Origin: an uncultured Gemmatimonadaceae bacterium
Lineage (GTDB): Bacteria > Gemmatimonadota > Gemmatimonadetes > Longimicrobiales > RSA9
Direction of reading: 5' to 3'
Length of the DNA: 58,254 nucleotides
NCBI GenBank assembly: GCA_964430275.1
Contig: CAYSGF010000215.1
Span: forward strand, 1-58,254
Below the pieces are notes generated by a model. The model saw only the letters and a program-made list of their open reading frames with translations, was not told the DNA's origin and made no database searches. Position numbers and translations under genes: made by a program. This document shows positions 45,655-55,012 of this stretch, piece by piece. Within the stretch, counting starts at the first letter, position 1, and every line of letters begins with the position of its first letter.

Positions 45655-47681
45655 CCTTCCTCGCACCGCTCTTCCTGCTCGGGCTCGTCGCGCTGGCGGT
45701 GCCGATCGTGCTCCATCTGATGCACCGGGAGCGCCCGGACGCCGTCGCATTCCCGTCCCTCATGTTCCTGAAGCGGATTCCGCACAGGTCGGTACGCCGT
45801 CGGCGTCTGCGGGATCGGCTGCTGCTGGCGCTGCGGGCACTCGCGCTGATCCTGCTCGCAGCCGCGTTCGCGCGCCCGTTCATCGACCGCATGCCGGCGG
45901 CTGGCGCCGCCCTCGCCCCGGCCCGCGACGTGGTGCTGCTCATTGACCGTTCCTACAGCATGGGGCACGGCGACCGGTGGCAACGGGCGCTCGACGCCGC
46001 GCGCGCGACGATCGGCGGGTTGGGCCAGGATGATCGCGCGGCGGTCGTATACTTCGACGAGCGCGCGGCCGTGGCGACCGGCCAGACCGGTGAGGCTGCA
46101 GTGCTGCTCGCTTCGCTGGACACCGCCGCGATCGGCCCGCACCGGACGCAGTACGGACCGGCACTGCGTTCAGCGCAGGCCCTGCTCGATGCATCGGACC
46201 GGCCACAGCGCGAGGTCGTGCTGATCAGCGATTTCCAGCAGGGCGGCTGGGACGCCGACGCGGCGTCGCGACTTCAGGATGGCGTCGTACTCACGACGAT
46301 CCCGGTTGCCGACGAGAGCGCGCCGAATACGCTGCTCGCAGGCGTAACACTGGCGCGTGAGCAGTTCGAGGGGCGCGAGCGGGTGCGCGTGACGGGGCGC
46401 GTCGCCCACCGTGGCAACACCAGCCGGAGCGGCACGATCAATCTCGAAGTGGATGGCCGCGCCGTGCAGTCGATGCCGTTCGAGGCGGCAGCCGGGGACG
46501 TGGTCGACGTGACCTTCCCACCGCTGACGCTGGGTGCGGGTGCGCAGCGCGGCATCATCCGGCTGGATGCGGATGCGCTGCCGGCCGATGACGTGCATCA
46601 CCTGATGCTGAGCGCGGCACGACCTGTTCGAGTGCTGCTCGTGGATGGGCGCGGGACGGGCGCTCCGTCCTCACTGTTCCTGAGCCGCGCACTCGGTGTG
46701 GGCGAGAGCCCGGCGTTCCGGGTCGCGACGAGCGGGGCGCCGGGTGCCGCGGAGCTGGCAGCGAGCGACGTCGTCCTTCTGAACGGCGCACCCTGGCCGA
46801 CCGGCGCGGCGGGCGAGCGGATGAACGAGTTCGTCGAGCAGGGTGGTGGCGTGCTCGTTGTGCTGGGTGCAACCGGCAGTGTGCCGGACGGGATTGCGCG
46901 GGCCGGCGCACCTGTCGACCGGACTTCGGGCGGCGGCGGTGCCATCGGCTACGTAGAGTATGCGCACCCGGCACTGGACCTGTTTACGGAGCCGCGCAAC
47001 GGAGATCTCGGCAGCGCGAACCACTACCGCTACCGTTCTACGGAGCCCGCTGCCGGCACGCGCGTGCTCGCCCGCTTCGACGACGGTGTGCCGGCCCTGC
47101 TCGAGGCTGCCCGCGGCCGTGGGCGCGTGCTGGTCGCGACGTCCACCATGGACACGTACTGGAGCGATCTGCCTCTGCAGCCGGTGTTCGTGCCGCTGCT
47201 CCATCGGCTGGTCGCCTACGCTGCGGACTGGCACGAACAGCCGTCGGCGATGACGGTGGGTGACGTGCTCGCGGTGGACGCGGACGGGGCGACGGTCGTC
47301 GCGCCGGACGGCACGAGCGTCGAGCCGCGCGAGGCGGTGTCCGGCGCGGACAGCCGACTGCTGCGGGTGGAGCAGCCGGGTTTCTACGAAGTGCGCGGTG
47401 CCGATGGCGCGACCGTGGAGCGGGTGGTCGCCGTGAACGTGGACCGCATCGAATCCGATCTGTCCGCAATGGAGCCCGCCGCCATCGCGGCCGCGGTCGC
47501 GCCCGGTACGGGTGACGGCACGGGCGCAGTGCGCAGCGCCGCAGTGCTGACACTGGACGAGCGGGAGCGGCGCCAGTCACTCTGGTGGTACGTGCTTGCG
47601 GCGGCGATCGCACTGCTCGCCGGCGAAACCGTGCTCGCGACGCGGCCGTCGCGTACGCTGCGACAGGGAGGCACACGATGA
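45651..47681 (+). CDS. BatA N-terminal domain plus VWA and GATase-like membrane protein
   Basis: MTFLAPLFLLGL.ALAVPIVLHL...FPSLMFL...LLLALRALALILLAAAFARP (BatA), MIDAS IDRSYSM, ISD, WSDLP..PVFVP and a C-terminal TM. Confidence 0.88.
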   Translation: MTFLAPLFLLGLVALAVPIVLHLMHRERPDAVAFPSLMFLKRIPHRSVRRRRLRDRLLLALRALALILLAAAFARPFIDRMPAAGAALAPARDVVLLIDRSYSMGHGDRWQRALDAARATIGGLGQDDRAAVVYFDERAAVATGQTGEAAVLLASLDTAAIGPHRTQYGPALRSAQALLDASDRPQREVVLISDFQQGGWDADAASRLQDGVVLTTIPVADESAPNTLLAGVTLAREQFEGRERVRVTGRVAHRGNTSRSGTINLEVDGRAVQSMPFEAAAGDVVDVTFPPLTLGAGAQRGIIRLDADALPADDVHHLMLSAARPVRVLLVDGRGTGAPSSLFLSRALGVGESPAFRVATSGAPGAAELAASDVVLLNGAPWPTGAAGERMNEFVEQGGGVLVVLGATGSVPDGIARAGAPVDRTSGGGGAIGYVEYAHPALDLFTEPRNGDLGSANHYRYRSTEPAAGTRVLARFDDGVPALLEAARGRGRVLVATSTMDTYWSDLPLQPVFVPLLHRLVAYAADWHEQPSAMTVGDVLAVDADGATVVAPDGTSVEPREAVSGADSRLLRVEQPGFYEVRGADGATVERVVAVNVDRIESDLSAMEPAAIAAAVAPGTGDGTGAVRSAAVLTLDERERRQSLWWYVLAAAIALLAGETVLATRPSRTLRQGGTR

Positions 47682-50600
47682 CGAAGCTGGATCCGGGGAT
47701 CGTGCGCATGATCCGCCAGGTGCGGACCCGCTGGCGGCTGAAGCTGCTGCTGCGCGGTATGGCGTATACCGGCAGCGCAGCGCTCGCGCTCTTCATCGTG
47801 CTGTCCTTCCTCGTCAGCGGCAGCGGCTTCGCGCCGGCCGCGGTGATCACCCTGCGCGTGCTCGGCTGGGGCGCGGTCCTCGCGATCGCCGTGCGCTGGC
47901 TGGTGCTGCCGCTGCTGCGGCGGCCATCCGACCAGCAGGTCGCGCTCTACATCGAGGAGCACGAGCCGTCGCTGCGACACTCCCTCGTCAGTGCCCTGGA
48001 TGGTGATGCTGCGGCATCGCCGGCGCTGTTGCGGCGGACGGTCGAACAGGCGATGCAGCGAATGCGTGCGATCGACGAAGGCCGCACGATCGAGCGGCGC
48101 GAGCTGAACGTCTCGGGCGCCCTGCTCGCGGCGGTGGCAGTGTTCGCACTGGCACTCGTGGCTGCGCGTCCCGCCACGCTGCGCTACGGCGCGGAGGCGC
48201 TGCTCAATCCGCTCGCGCCGACGGCCGGGGCGCAGCCCTTCCCGATCACGGTCGAGCCGGGGGATACCACGATTCCGCGTGGCGCGGATGCCATCGTGCG
48301 GGCCCGGCTGGGCGGGTTCCTTGCCGGTGGAGCGGACGTGCTCGTACGAACGGGTGCGGACTCCCTGTTCGTGCGCGTGCCCATGATCGCGCCGACCGGA
48401 GACAGCACGATCTTCGAGGTGATGCTCTTCACGCTGCGCGACGATGCCGAATACTTCGTCGAGTCCGGTGACGTGCGCTCGCGCGTGCACCGCATCAGCG
48501 TCGCGGATCTGCCGTACGTCGAGCGGCTGGCGCTCGAGTATCGCTTCCCGGCATACACGAATCTGCCGCCCCAGGTGGTGGAGGAGGGCGGGGACATTGC
48601 GGCGCTGCGCGGTACCACTGTGCTCGTCACCGCAACGCCCACCGTGCCGGTCACCGGAGGGCGGATCGTGCTCGACGGTGGCGACCCACTGCCGCTTCGC
48701 CTCGATGCGGACGGCACGCTGAGCGGCGCGATCCGCGTGCAGCGGGCGGGCTACTACCATGTCGAGCTGGACGCCGGCAGTGGCATGATCGAGGGCTCGC
48801 CTCGCTACACGATCGATGCGCTCGACGACCGCGGCCCGAGCGTCCGCTTCACGAAGCCGGGCCGCGACAGCCGGCCGACGAGTGTCGACGAGGTATACGT
48901 CGAGGCGCAGGCGGACGACGACTACGGGGTCGCCGGCATGGACCTGATCTACTCCGTGAACGGTGGCGAAGAACAGACGGTGAGCATCTACAGCGGCCGC
49001 GCGCTCGATGAGGTCACGGCCGGTCACACGCTCTACCTTGAGGAGATGGATCTCGAGGCGGGCGATCTCATTTCGTACTACGCCCGTGCGCGTGACAACA
49101 GCGCAGGACGTCCGCACGAGATCACGAGCGACATCTATTTCCTGTCGATTCGCCCGTTCGGCCGCGACTATCGGCAAGCGGAGCAGGCGCCGCCGGGCGG
49201 CGCCGCGGCCGGTGGCGAGGAGAATGGCGATCTCGCGCAGACGCAGCGCGAGATCATCGCGGCGACATTCAATGTGACGCGCGACCAGGAATCGATGAGC
49301 GCGGAGAACCGGGCAGAGAACCTGAACACGATCGCGCTCGCGCAGGAGCGCCTGCGTGAGCAGGTCGGGACGCTCGCGCAACGCATGCGTGCGCGTGGTG
49401 TCACCGAGGACACCGCGTTCCGCCGGATCGCCGAGATCCTGCCGCAGGCGGCCGAGCAGATGGCCAATGCCGTGCAGGAGCTGCGTGCAGGCGAGCCGGC
49501 CGACGCATTGCCGAGCGAGCAGCGCGCGCTCCAGCATCTGCAGCGTGCGGAAGCGATGTACCGGGACGTGCAGGTGGCGATGCAGCAGGGCGGTGGCGGT
49601 GGTGGTGGTGGTGCGCCGAACGCCGAGGACCTGGCGGACCTCTTCGAGCTGGAACTGGACAAGCTGCGCAACCAGTACGAGACAGTGCAGCAGGGGCAGC
49701 GTGAGGAGACGCAGGAGGGGGTGGACGCGACGCTCGAGCGACTGCGCGAGCTGGCGCGGCGGCAGCAGCAGGAGATCGAGCGGCAGCGTCGCGCAGCGGC
49801 ACAGCAGAGCGCACAGGGAGGCGGCAGTGCAGCAGCCCAGCGTCAGCTGGCCGAGGAGACAGAGGAAGCCGCGCGACAGCTCGAGCGGCTGGCGCGCGAA
49901 AACAACCGGCCGGACCTGCAGGAAACCGCGCGCCGGCTGCAGGACGCAGCGGATGCGATGCGGCGGGCCGCAGCGGACCAGCGGAGCGGCAGCACGGCGC
50001 AGGGTCAGGCAGCGCTCGAGCGCCTGCGCGACGCGCGCCGCCGCCTCGAGCAGAACCGCGCAAATGCGCTGGAGCAGGAGGCGGAGGAAGCGCGCCGCGA
50101 GGTGGAGCGGCTGGCGCAGGAGCAGGAGCGCGTCGCCGAAGGCATGCGTGGCCTGCCGGGGCAGACGGGGAGTGCACGCGGCGAGCGGGCCCGTGAGCTG
50201 ATCGAGCAGAAGACGGAGATGGCTGACGACCTGGCGGAGCTGGAGCGGCAGCTCGACCGGATGTCGGGCGAGGCACGCGGTCAGCAGAATGACGCGTCGC
50301 AGGAACTCCGCAGTGCTGCCGATGCGATCCGTGACGGCGAGTTGCGCGAGATGGTCGAATGGTCGCGCAACCTGACACAGCCGCAGGCCCCGCCGGAACT
50401 TATCGAGGAAATGGAGCAGCGCATTGCGCAGGGCATCGAGGCTGTCGGCGAACGGCTCGATGCGGCGCGCACTGCGCTCGAGGAGACACGTGCGGACGCG
50501 GGCGCAGAGGATGCCGTCGAGCGTGCGGCCGAACTGGCCCGCGGCCTCGAGTCGCTGGAGGTCCAGGCGCGCGGTGCTGCGGAGGCCCGCGAGAACGCCG

Positions 50601-51085
50601 GCGATCAGGAAGGTCAGGAGGGGGAGGGCGGCGGTGAGGGCGCAGGGCGCGGGGAGGGCAGCGAGCAGGGGCAGGGGGGGCGGCAGACGGGTGCACCCGC
50701 GGGCGGCGGCACCCCCTTCGGTGGGGCCACCGCCGGCGGCGCGGACAGCGAGCGACAGCTGCGCAGTGCAATGCGTGAGCGGATCGCGGAAGCGGAGGCG
50801 CTGCGCCAGGAGCTGCTGCGACGCGGCGTTGAGGCGGAGCAGCTGGAGGACGTGCTCTCGGCGATGCGCGAGCTCGAGCGGTCGGGTGCGCTGACGGATC
50901 CGGAAACGCTCGCGCGCCTCGGGCGCGATGTCGTGGACGGCGCGAAGGAAGTAGAGTTCGCGCTTCGTCGCGCTCTGCTCGCGGAACGCGACGATGCCCC
51001 GCGCCTGCGCGGCACGGGCCAGGTCGCGGAGGATTTCCGGAAGCTGGTCGAAGAGTATTACCGGGCGCTTGCGCGCCAGCCATGA
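47678..51085 (+). CDS. Large DUF4175-like membrane protein (TM segments, Ig-like domains, long coiled coil)
   Basis: N-terminal TM segments, beta-sandwich region (PGDTTIPRG, DRGPSVRF.KPG, AQADDDYGV), E/Q/R-rich coiled coil with Gly-rich linkers, and terminal LVEEYYRAL. Confidence 0.75.
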   Translation: MTKLDPGIVRMIRQVRTRWRLKLLLRGMAYTGSAALALFIVLSFLVSGSGFAPAAVITLRVLGWGAVLAIAVRWLVLPLLRRPSDQQVALYIEEHEPSLRHSLVSALDGDAAASPALLRRTVEQAMQRMRAIDEGRTIERRELNVSGALLAAVAVFALALVAARPATLRYGAEALLNPLAPTAGAQPFPITVEPGDTTIPRGADAIVRARLGGFLAGGADVLVRTGADSLFVRVPMIAPTGDSTIFEVMLFTLRDDAEYFVESGDVRSRVHRISVADLPYVERLALEYRFPAYTNLPPQVVEEGGDIAALRGTTVLVTATPTVPVTGGRIVLDGGDPLPLRLDADGTLSGAIRVQRAGYYHVELDAGSGMIEGSPRYTIDALDDRGPSVRFTKPGRDSRPTSVDEVYVEAQADDDYGVAGMDLIYSVNGGEEQTVSIYSGRALDEVTAGHTLYLEEMDLEAGDLISYYARARDNSAGRPHEITSDIYFLSIRPFGRDYRQAEQAPPGGAAAGGEENGDLAQTQREIIAATFNVTRDQESMSAENRAENLNTIALAQERLREQVGTLAQRMRARGVTEDTAFRRIAEILPQAAEQMANAVQELRAGEPADALPSEQRALQHLQRAEAMYRDVQVAMQQGGGGGGGGAPNAEDLADLFELELDKLRNQYETVQQGQREETQEGVDATLERLRELARRQQQEIERQRRAAAQQSAQGGGSAAAQRQLAEETEEAARQLERLARENNRPDLQETARRLQDAADAMRRAAADQRSGSTAQGQAALERLRDARRRLEQNRANALEQEAEEARREVERLAQEQERVAEGMRGLPGQTGSARGERARELIEQKTEMADDLAELERQLDRMSGEARGQQNDASQELRSAADAIRDGELREMVEWSRNLTQPQAPPELIEEMEQRIAQGIEAVGERLDAARTALEETRADAGAEDAVERAAELARGLESLEVQARGAAEARENAGDQEGQEGEGGGEGAGRGEGSEQGQGGRQTGAPAGGGTPFGGATAGGADSERQLRSAMRERIAEAEALRQELLRRGVEAEQLEDVLSAMRELERSGALTDPETLARLGRDVVDGAKEVEFALRRALLAERDDAPRLRGTGQVAEDFRKLVEEYYRALARQP

Positions 51086-51714
51086 CCATTCAGAGGATGA
51101 CAACGACGATGACGCCGATTGCCAGACTCCGTACCACGTCCGCTCTGCTGCTGCCAATCCTTTTTTCGGGATACGCGCCGTCGACGATCGAACGCTACGG
51201 CATCGATCGCAACCACAGCCGTGTCGGCTTCGCCGTCCGCCACATGGGTGTCGCGACCGTGCGCGGCGAGTTCGTCGAGTTCGAGGGACACGTGCTGCTC
51301 GACACGAACGACATCACGCAATCGCGCGTCAACGTGGTGATCCAGACGGCGAGCATCGTTACCGGCAATGAGCGCCGCGACAACCATCTCCGCAGTGACG
51401 ACTTCTTCAATGCGGAGCGCTTCCCGACGATCACGTTCGCGGGCACCCGGGTCGAGAAAAGCGGCGAAAACCTCACGCTGGTCGGCGACCTCACGATCCG
51501 AGACGTCACGAAGGAGGTGAACATCCCCTTCGAGCTGCACGGCCCGCTCACCCTCGACGGCCGCAAACGACTCGGGGCCGAGGGCGAGGTGCGCATCAAC
51601 CGCAAGGAGTTCAAGCTGCTGTGGAACAACATGGTGGAAGGCACCAGCGTCGTGAGCGACGACGTCCGTCTGGAAGTCGCGATCGAGGCGGTGACACCGC
51701 GCGCCGAAGACTGA
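51082..51714 (+). CDS. YceI family lipid/isoprenoid-binding protein
   Basis: IDRNHSRVGFAVRH.G..TVRGEF, SIVTGNERRDNHLRSDDFF, GDLTIRDVTKEV and INRKEF. Start could also be 51109. Confidence 0.92.
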   Translation: MTIQRMTTTMTPIARLRTTSALLLPILFSGYAPSTIERYGIDRNHSRVGFAVRHMGVATVRGEFVEFEGHVLLDTNDITQSRVNVVIQTASIVTGNERRDNHLRSDDFFNAERFPTITFAGTRVEKSGENLTLVGDLTIRDVTKEVNIPFELHGPLTLDGRKRLGAEGEVRINRKEFKLLWNNMVEGTSVVSDDVRLEVAIEAVTPRAED

Positions 51715-51784
51715 GCTTTCACTGCGTGGACGGCGGGTGTGGGTGGGGATGGACAGCGGGTGTGGGCGGGGGCATTGACGGCGG

Positions 51785-52239
51785 GTGTGGGTGGGCGTGG
51801 GCGTGATGGGTGGGGACACTGCGGGTGCAGAGGCGGGTGAGGGCGTTTCACTCGCGGACCTGCTCGGCGTCGCGGATGCACTTCATCCGTGGCGTTCCCC
51901 GGATCGTGCCGCGACAGTCCTTCGTCAGCCTGGACGCTGAACGTTTGCGAATCTCGACGGCTGAACGTTCGCGATCTCGACGGCTGAACACTCGCGAATC
52001 TCGATGCGCTGATCGCTCCGAATCCCGATGCGCTGATCGCGCTCTCGAGGCGTCGATACGCTGAGCCGAATGCTGACCTGTGCCCTGCCTCGAGTGTAGG
52101 ACCTACCCGATGCAGGCGGCGAAGCGCGACTACATGCGTGATCAAGAATGCCCCGGCAACGACCCGCCGTGCACAGCGGCCCCCCACCCGCTTCTGCACC
52201 CGCAGTGTCCCCGACCATCACGCCCACGCCCACCCACAC
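51785..52239. repeat. MITE-like element: 55-bp inverted arms enclosing a ~24-bp tandem repeat array
   Basis: 51785-51839 and 52185-52239 are reverse complements at 52 of 55 positions. The internal array of gctga...-initiated units spans 51936-52078. Confidence 0.75.
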
Positions 52240-52384
52240 GCGCTATTCACGCCCGCCGTTCACGCCCCCACCCCCACCCGCAGGTCAAAAGAGCAGGTCG
52301 CCACTGGCGTTTTCTGAGAATATTCACTATTAGTTGAGCCCCGCCCGGTCTTCTCCCCCAGGTCCATCTTACAGGAGCAACGCA

Positions 52385-52990
52385 ATGTTCGGATTCCGGG
52401 GCGATCGCGGGGCCGATCTGACGGAGCGGCTGCGGCAGCTCGAGTCGATGGCGTATGCGACGAACGAGGACGGCAATGATGCGCCGTACTTCAACCAGGC
52501 CGGCGACCTGTGTGTCGGCGCGTCGCGGCCGCTCGAGGCGCTCGGCTATTACGGCCAGTCGATCGACTCGTACGTGCGGGCGGACCGGTTCAATGCCGCC
52601 ACGGCGGTATGCAAGAAGGTAATCCGTCTGTCACCGGTGGTCGTGCGCACGCACTGCACGCTGGCGTGGCTCGCGCTCGGTAAGGGGTTCGTGCCGGAGG
52701 CGCAGGAGTACATCGATCACTACCTGGCGGCAGCGGTGCGCGCGGGGCGGGAAGTGCTGGCGCGTCACCAGGTCAAGCGGATGAGTGTGATCGCGGATGC
52801 CGAGCCGATGCGCATGTTCCTGGCGCACCGCCTGCTGGAGCTGGGCGAGGACCTCACGGCGAACCATCTCTTCGGGCTGGTGCTCAAGGATCGGAACCAG
52901 GGCCGCAACCGGCGACCCATGGATCCTGCACGCCGGTGGTTCGAAGCGCGCCGTTGTGCCCTGATGAGCCCCTCGGAGATCGCGGCCTGA
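52385..52990 (+). CDS. TPR-like hypothetical protein
   Basis: AGGAG RBS before ATG 52385. Helical repeats (NQAGDLC...EALGYYGQSIDSY...ATAVCKKVIRLSP). Confidence 0.6.
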   Translation: MFGFRGDRGADLTERLRQLESMAYATNEDGNDAPYFNQAGDLCVGASRPLEALGYYGQSIDSYVRADRFNAATAVCKKVIRLSPVVVRTHCTLAWLALGKGFVPEAQEYIDHYLAAAVRAGREVLARHQVKRMSVIADAEPMRMFLAHRLLELGEDLTANHLFGLVLKDRNQGRNRRPMDPARRWFEARRCALMSPSEIAA

Positions 52991-53883
52991 TGGCCCGATT
53001 CCTGGGCGCTCACACCAGCGACAGCGGCGGGCTGCACATGACGGCCCGTCGCGCCGGCAGTGCCGGCATGACCGCGCTGCAGATCTTCACTGCCATTCCC
53101 AAGTTTTACGGCGACAAGTCGAACATCCGGCCGGAGCGTGCGGACCGCTTTCGCGACGCGCTCGCGGAAACGGACGTGCGTCCCGAGCACGTCGTCGTGC
53201 ATGCTGCATACGTGCTGAGCGTCGCGACAGCGGACAGCGCGAAATGGGAGCGCGCTGCCGCAGGCCTGGCCAAGGAGATGGAGCGCTCGACCATCATCGG
53301 TGCGGGGCAGGTCTGCTTTCACCCGGGTTCGGCGAGCGACGGCGATCCGAGCGCCGCAGCAGAACGCGTGGCGCGCGCCATGGTCCAGGCGCTCGAGCGG
53401 ACGCCCGATTCCTCGACCCGACTGCTGGTCGAGAACACGGCCGGTGCAGGACGGACACTGGGACGCACGGCCGCAGAGGTCGGCGCGATCCTCGGCCATG
53501 TGCCGAAGCCGCTGCGCGCACGCGTCGGCTACGGACTCGACACCTGCCACCTGTTCGCTTCCGGCTACGATATCCACGCTTCGCAGGCGCGCTTTACCGC
53601 GATCCTCGATGAGTTCGAGAATGCGACGGGCGAGCGGCCGGCGTTCTTCCATCTGAACGACAGTGCGAACGAGTTCGCGTCCAATCGCGACCGTCACATG
53701 AACATCGGCGAGGGTCTGATCGGTGTGGAGCCGTTCCGCTGGCTGTTCGAGGACCCTCGTTCGCAGGATGTGCCGCTGATCCTCGAGACACCGGAGCAGG
53801 AAGCGGAACCGGCGGCGGACGACCCTGCAGCGGACCCCTGGCACGTCGCGATGCTGGAGCTGCTGCGCGGCTTCGATGACTGA
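52990..53883 (+). CDS. nfo: Endonuclease IV (AP endonuclease family 2)
   Basis: GAHTS, QIFT, HAAY, HPG, ENTAG, DTCH.FASGY, HLND, DRH and ETP Zn-ligand motifs. TGATG overlap with the upstream gene. Confidence 0.93.
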   Translation: MARFLGAHTSDSGGLHMTARRAGSAGMTALQIFTAIPKFYGDKSNIRPERADRFRDALAETDVRPEHVVVHAAYVLSVATADSAKWERAAAGLAKEMERSTIIGAGQVCFHPGSASDGDPSAAAERVARAMVQALERTPDSSTRLLVENTAGAGRTLGRTAAEVGAILGHVPKPLRARVGYGLDTCHLFASGYDIHASQARFTAILDEFENATGERPAFFHLNDSANEFASNRDRHMNIGEGLIGVEPFRWLFEDPRSQDVPLILETPEQEAEPAADDPAADPWHVAMLELLRGFDD

Positions 53884-55012
53884 GCACGCTCGGCCCGCGA
53901 GCTGGCGGAGCAGCACTGGCGGGGACGGCAGTCCAATGCCGGACGAGCAGGGACTCGGGTTTCGCCTGATGAAGCACCTCCTGCGCGTGCCCCTCTTCTA
54001 CAAGATCCTGGTTGCGAATGCGGTCATCGTGGCGCTCGTCGCACTCGCGCTCGTGATTGCCGTGCACCGGGAGCTGGGCACGGATGTCGTCGCCGGAACC
54101 ATCCTCATCGTCGCGCTCGTTGGCCTGCTGCTCAGCCTGCTGGTGAATGCCGTCATCGTGCGCTTCGCGCTGCTGCCGCTCGAACGGCTCGAGCAGACCG
54201 CAGCCCGCGTGCACGCGGGCATCGACGATGCGCGCGCCCTGCCGACACCGCTCGCCGACCGCGAGTTGGCTCGCCTCATCGCCACGTTCAACGACATGCT
54301 GGATCGGACGGCCGCGCAGCGCCGGCGCCTGCGTGAAGTGAACATTCGCGCGCTCGCTGCGGCCGAGGATGAGCGCAAGCGGATCGCCCGCGAGCTGCAC
54401 GACGGCACCGCGCAGACCCTTGCCGCGCTGCGGGTCCGACTCCGCCTCGCCCGTACGTCTCCGGATGCGGAGGCCCGAAACCGCATCCTCGAGGAGATCT
54501 CCGACGAGATCGGCGCCGCGATCGACGAGGTGCGCCGCATGGCGCGCGGGCTGCGGCCGCCGGCCCTCGACATGCTCGGACTCGCGCCCGCGATCGAATC
54601 GCACGCGCGGATCATGGCCGAAGCCGGCGGCCTGCGGCTGGTGCTGGACGTCGACGCGCACGAGCGCGCGCTCGCGTCCGAGGCCGAGCTGGCCGTGTAC
54701 CGGATCGTCCAGGAGTCGCTGTCCAATGTCGTGCGGCATGCCGGTGCGGAAACGGTGCGCGTAGCACTGGGGCGAAGGGGCGACATGGTCGAGGCCGTCA
54801 TCGAGGATGACGGCAGCGGTTTCACCCTCGAGCGCACCCAGTCCGACAGCGGCCGCGGCCTCGGCCTGTTCGGCATGCAGGAGCGCGCATCGTATGTTGG
54901 TGGCGTGGTAGATATCGATTCCCAGCCAGGACGCGGCACACGCATCTGCGTGCGCGTCCCCATTGCGGAGAGCGAGCGTGGCACCGGATACGATTCGAAT
55001 CCTGCTCTGTGA
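53876..55012 (+). CDS. Sensor histidine kinase (TM-HAMP-HisKA_3-HATPase)
   Basis: ERKRIARELHD, YRIVQESLSNVVRHA, EDDGSGF and GLGLFGMQERA. Start uncertain. Confidence 0.92.
   Translation: MTEHARPASWRSSTGGDGSPMPDEQGLGFRLMKHLLRVPLFYKILVANAVIVALVALALVIAVHRELGTDVVAGTILIVALVGLLLSLLVNAVIVRFALLPLERLEQTAARVHAGIDDARALPTPLADRELARLIATFNDMLDRTAAQRRRLREVNIRALAAAEDERKRIARELHDGTAQTLAALRVRLRLARTSPDAEARNRILEEISDEIGAAIDEVRRMARGLRPPALDMLGLAPAIESHARIMAEAGGLRLVLDVDAHERALASEAELAVYRIVQESLSNVVRHAGAETVRVALGRRGDMVEAVIEDDGSGFTLERTQSDSGRGLGLFGMQERASYVGGVVDIDSQPGRGTRICVRVPIAESERGTGYDSNPAL

Noticed and set aside
49589-49612. (GGT/GGC)n tract as a phase-variation switch
   Set aside because: It is a trinucleotide repeat encoding a Gly linker, so slippage would not shift the frame.
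47384-51157. 1257-aa minus-strand ORF, and similar long antisense ORFs (355-1617, 5089-6837, 14457-16700, 34001-36019, 36963-38633, 55662-57773)
   Set aside because: These are shadow ORFs opposite well-supported genes. Stops are rare in high-GC antisense frames, and the translations have no recognisable motifs.
51936-52078. Possible CRISPR array
   Set aside because: The units are directly adjacent with no unique spacers, they degenerate progressively, and no cas genes are present.
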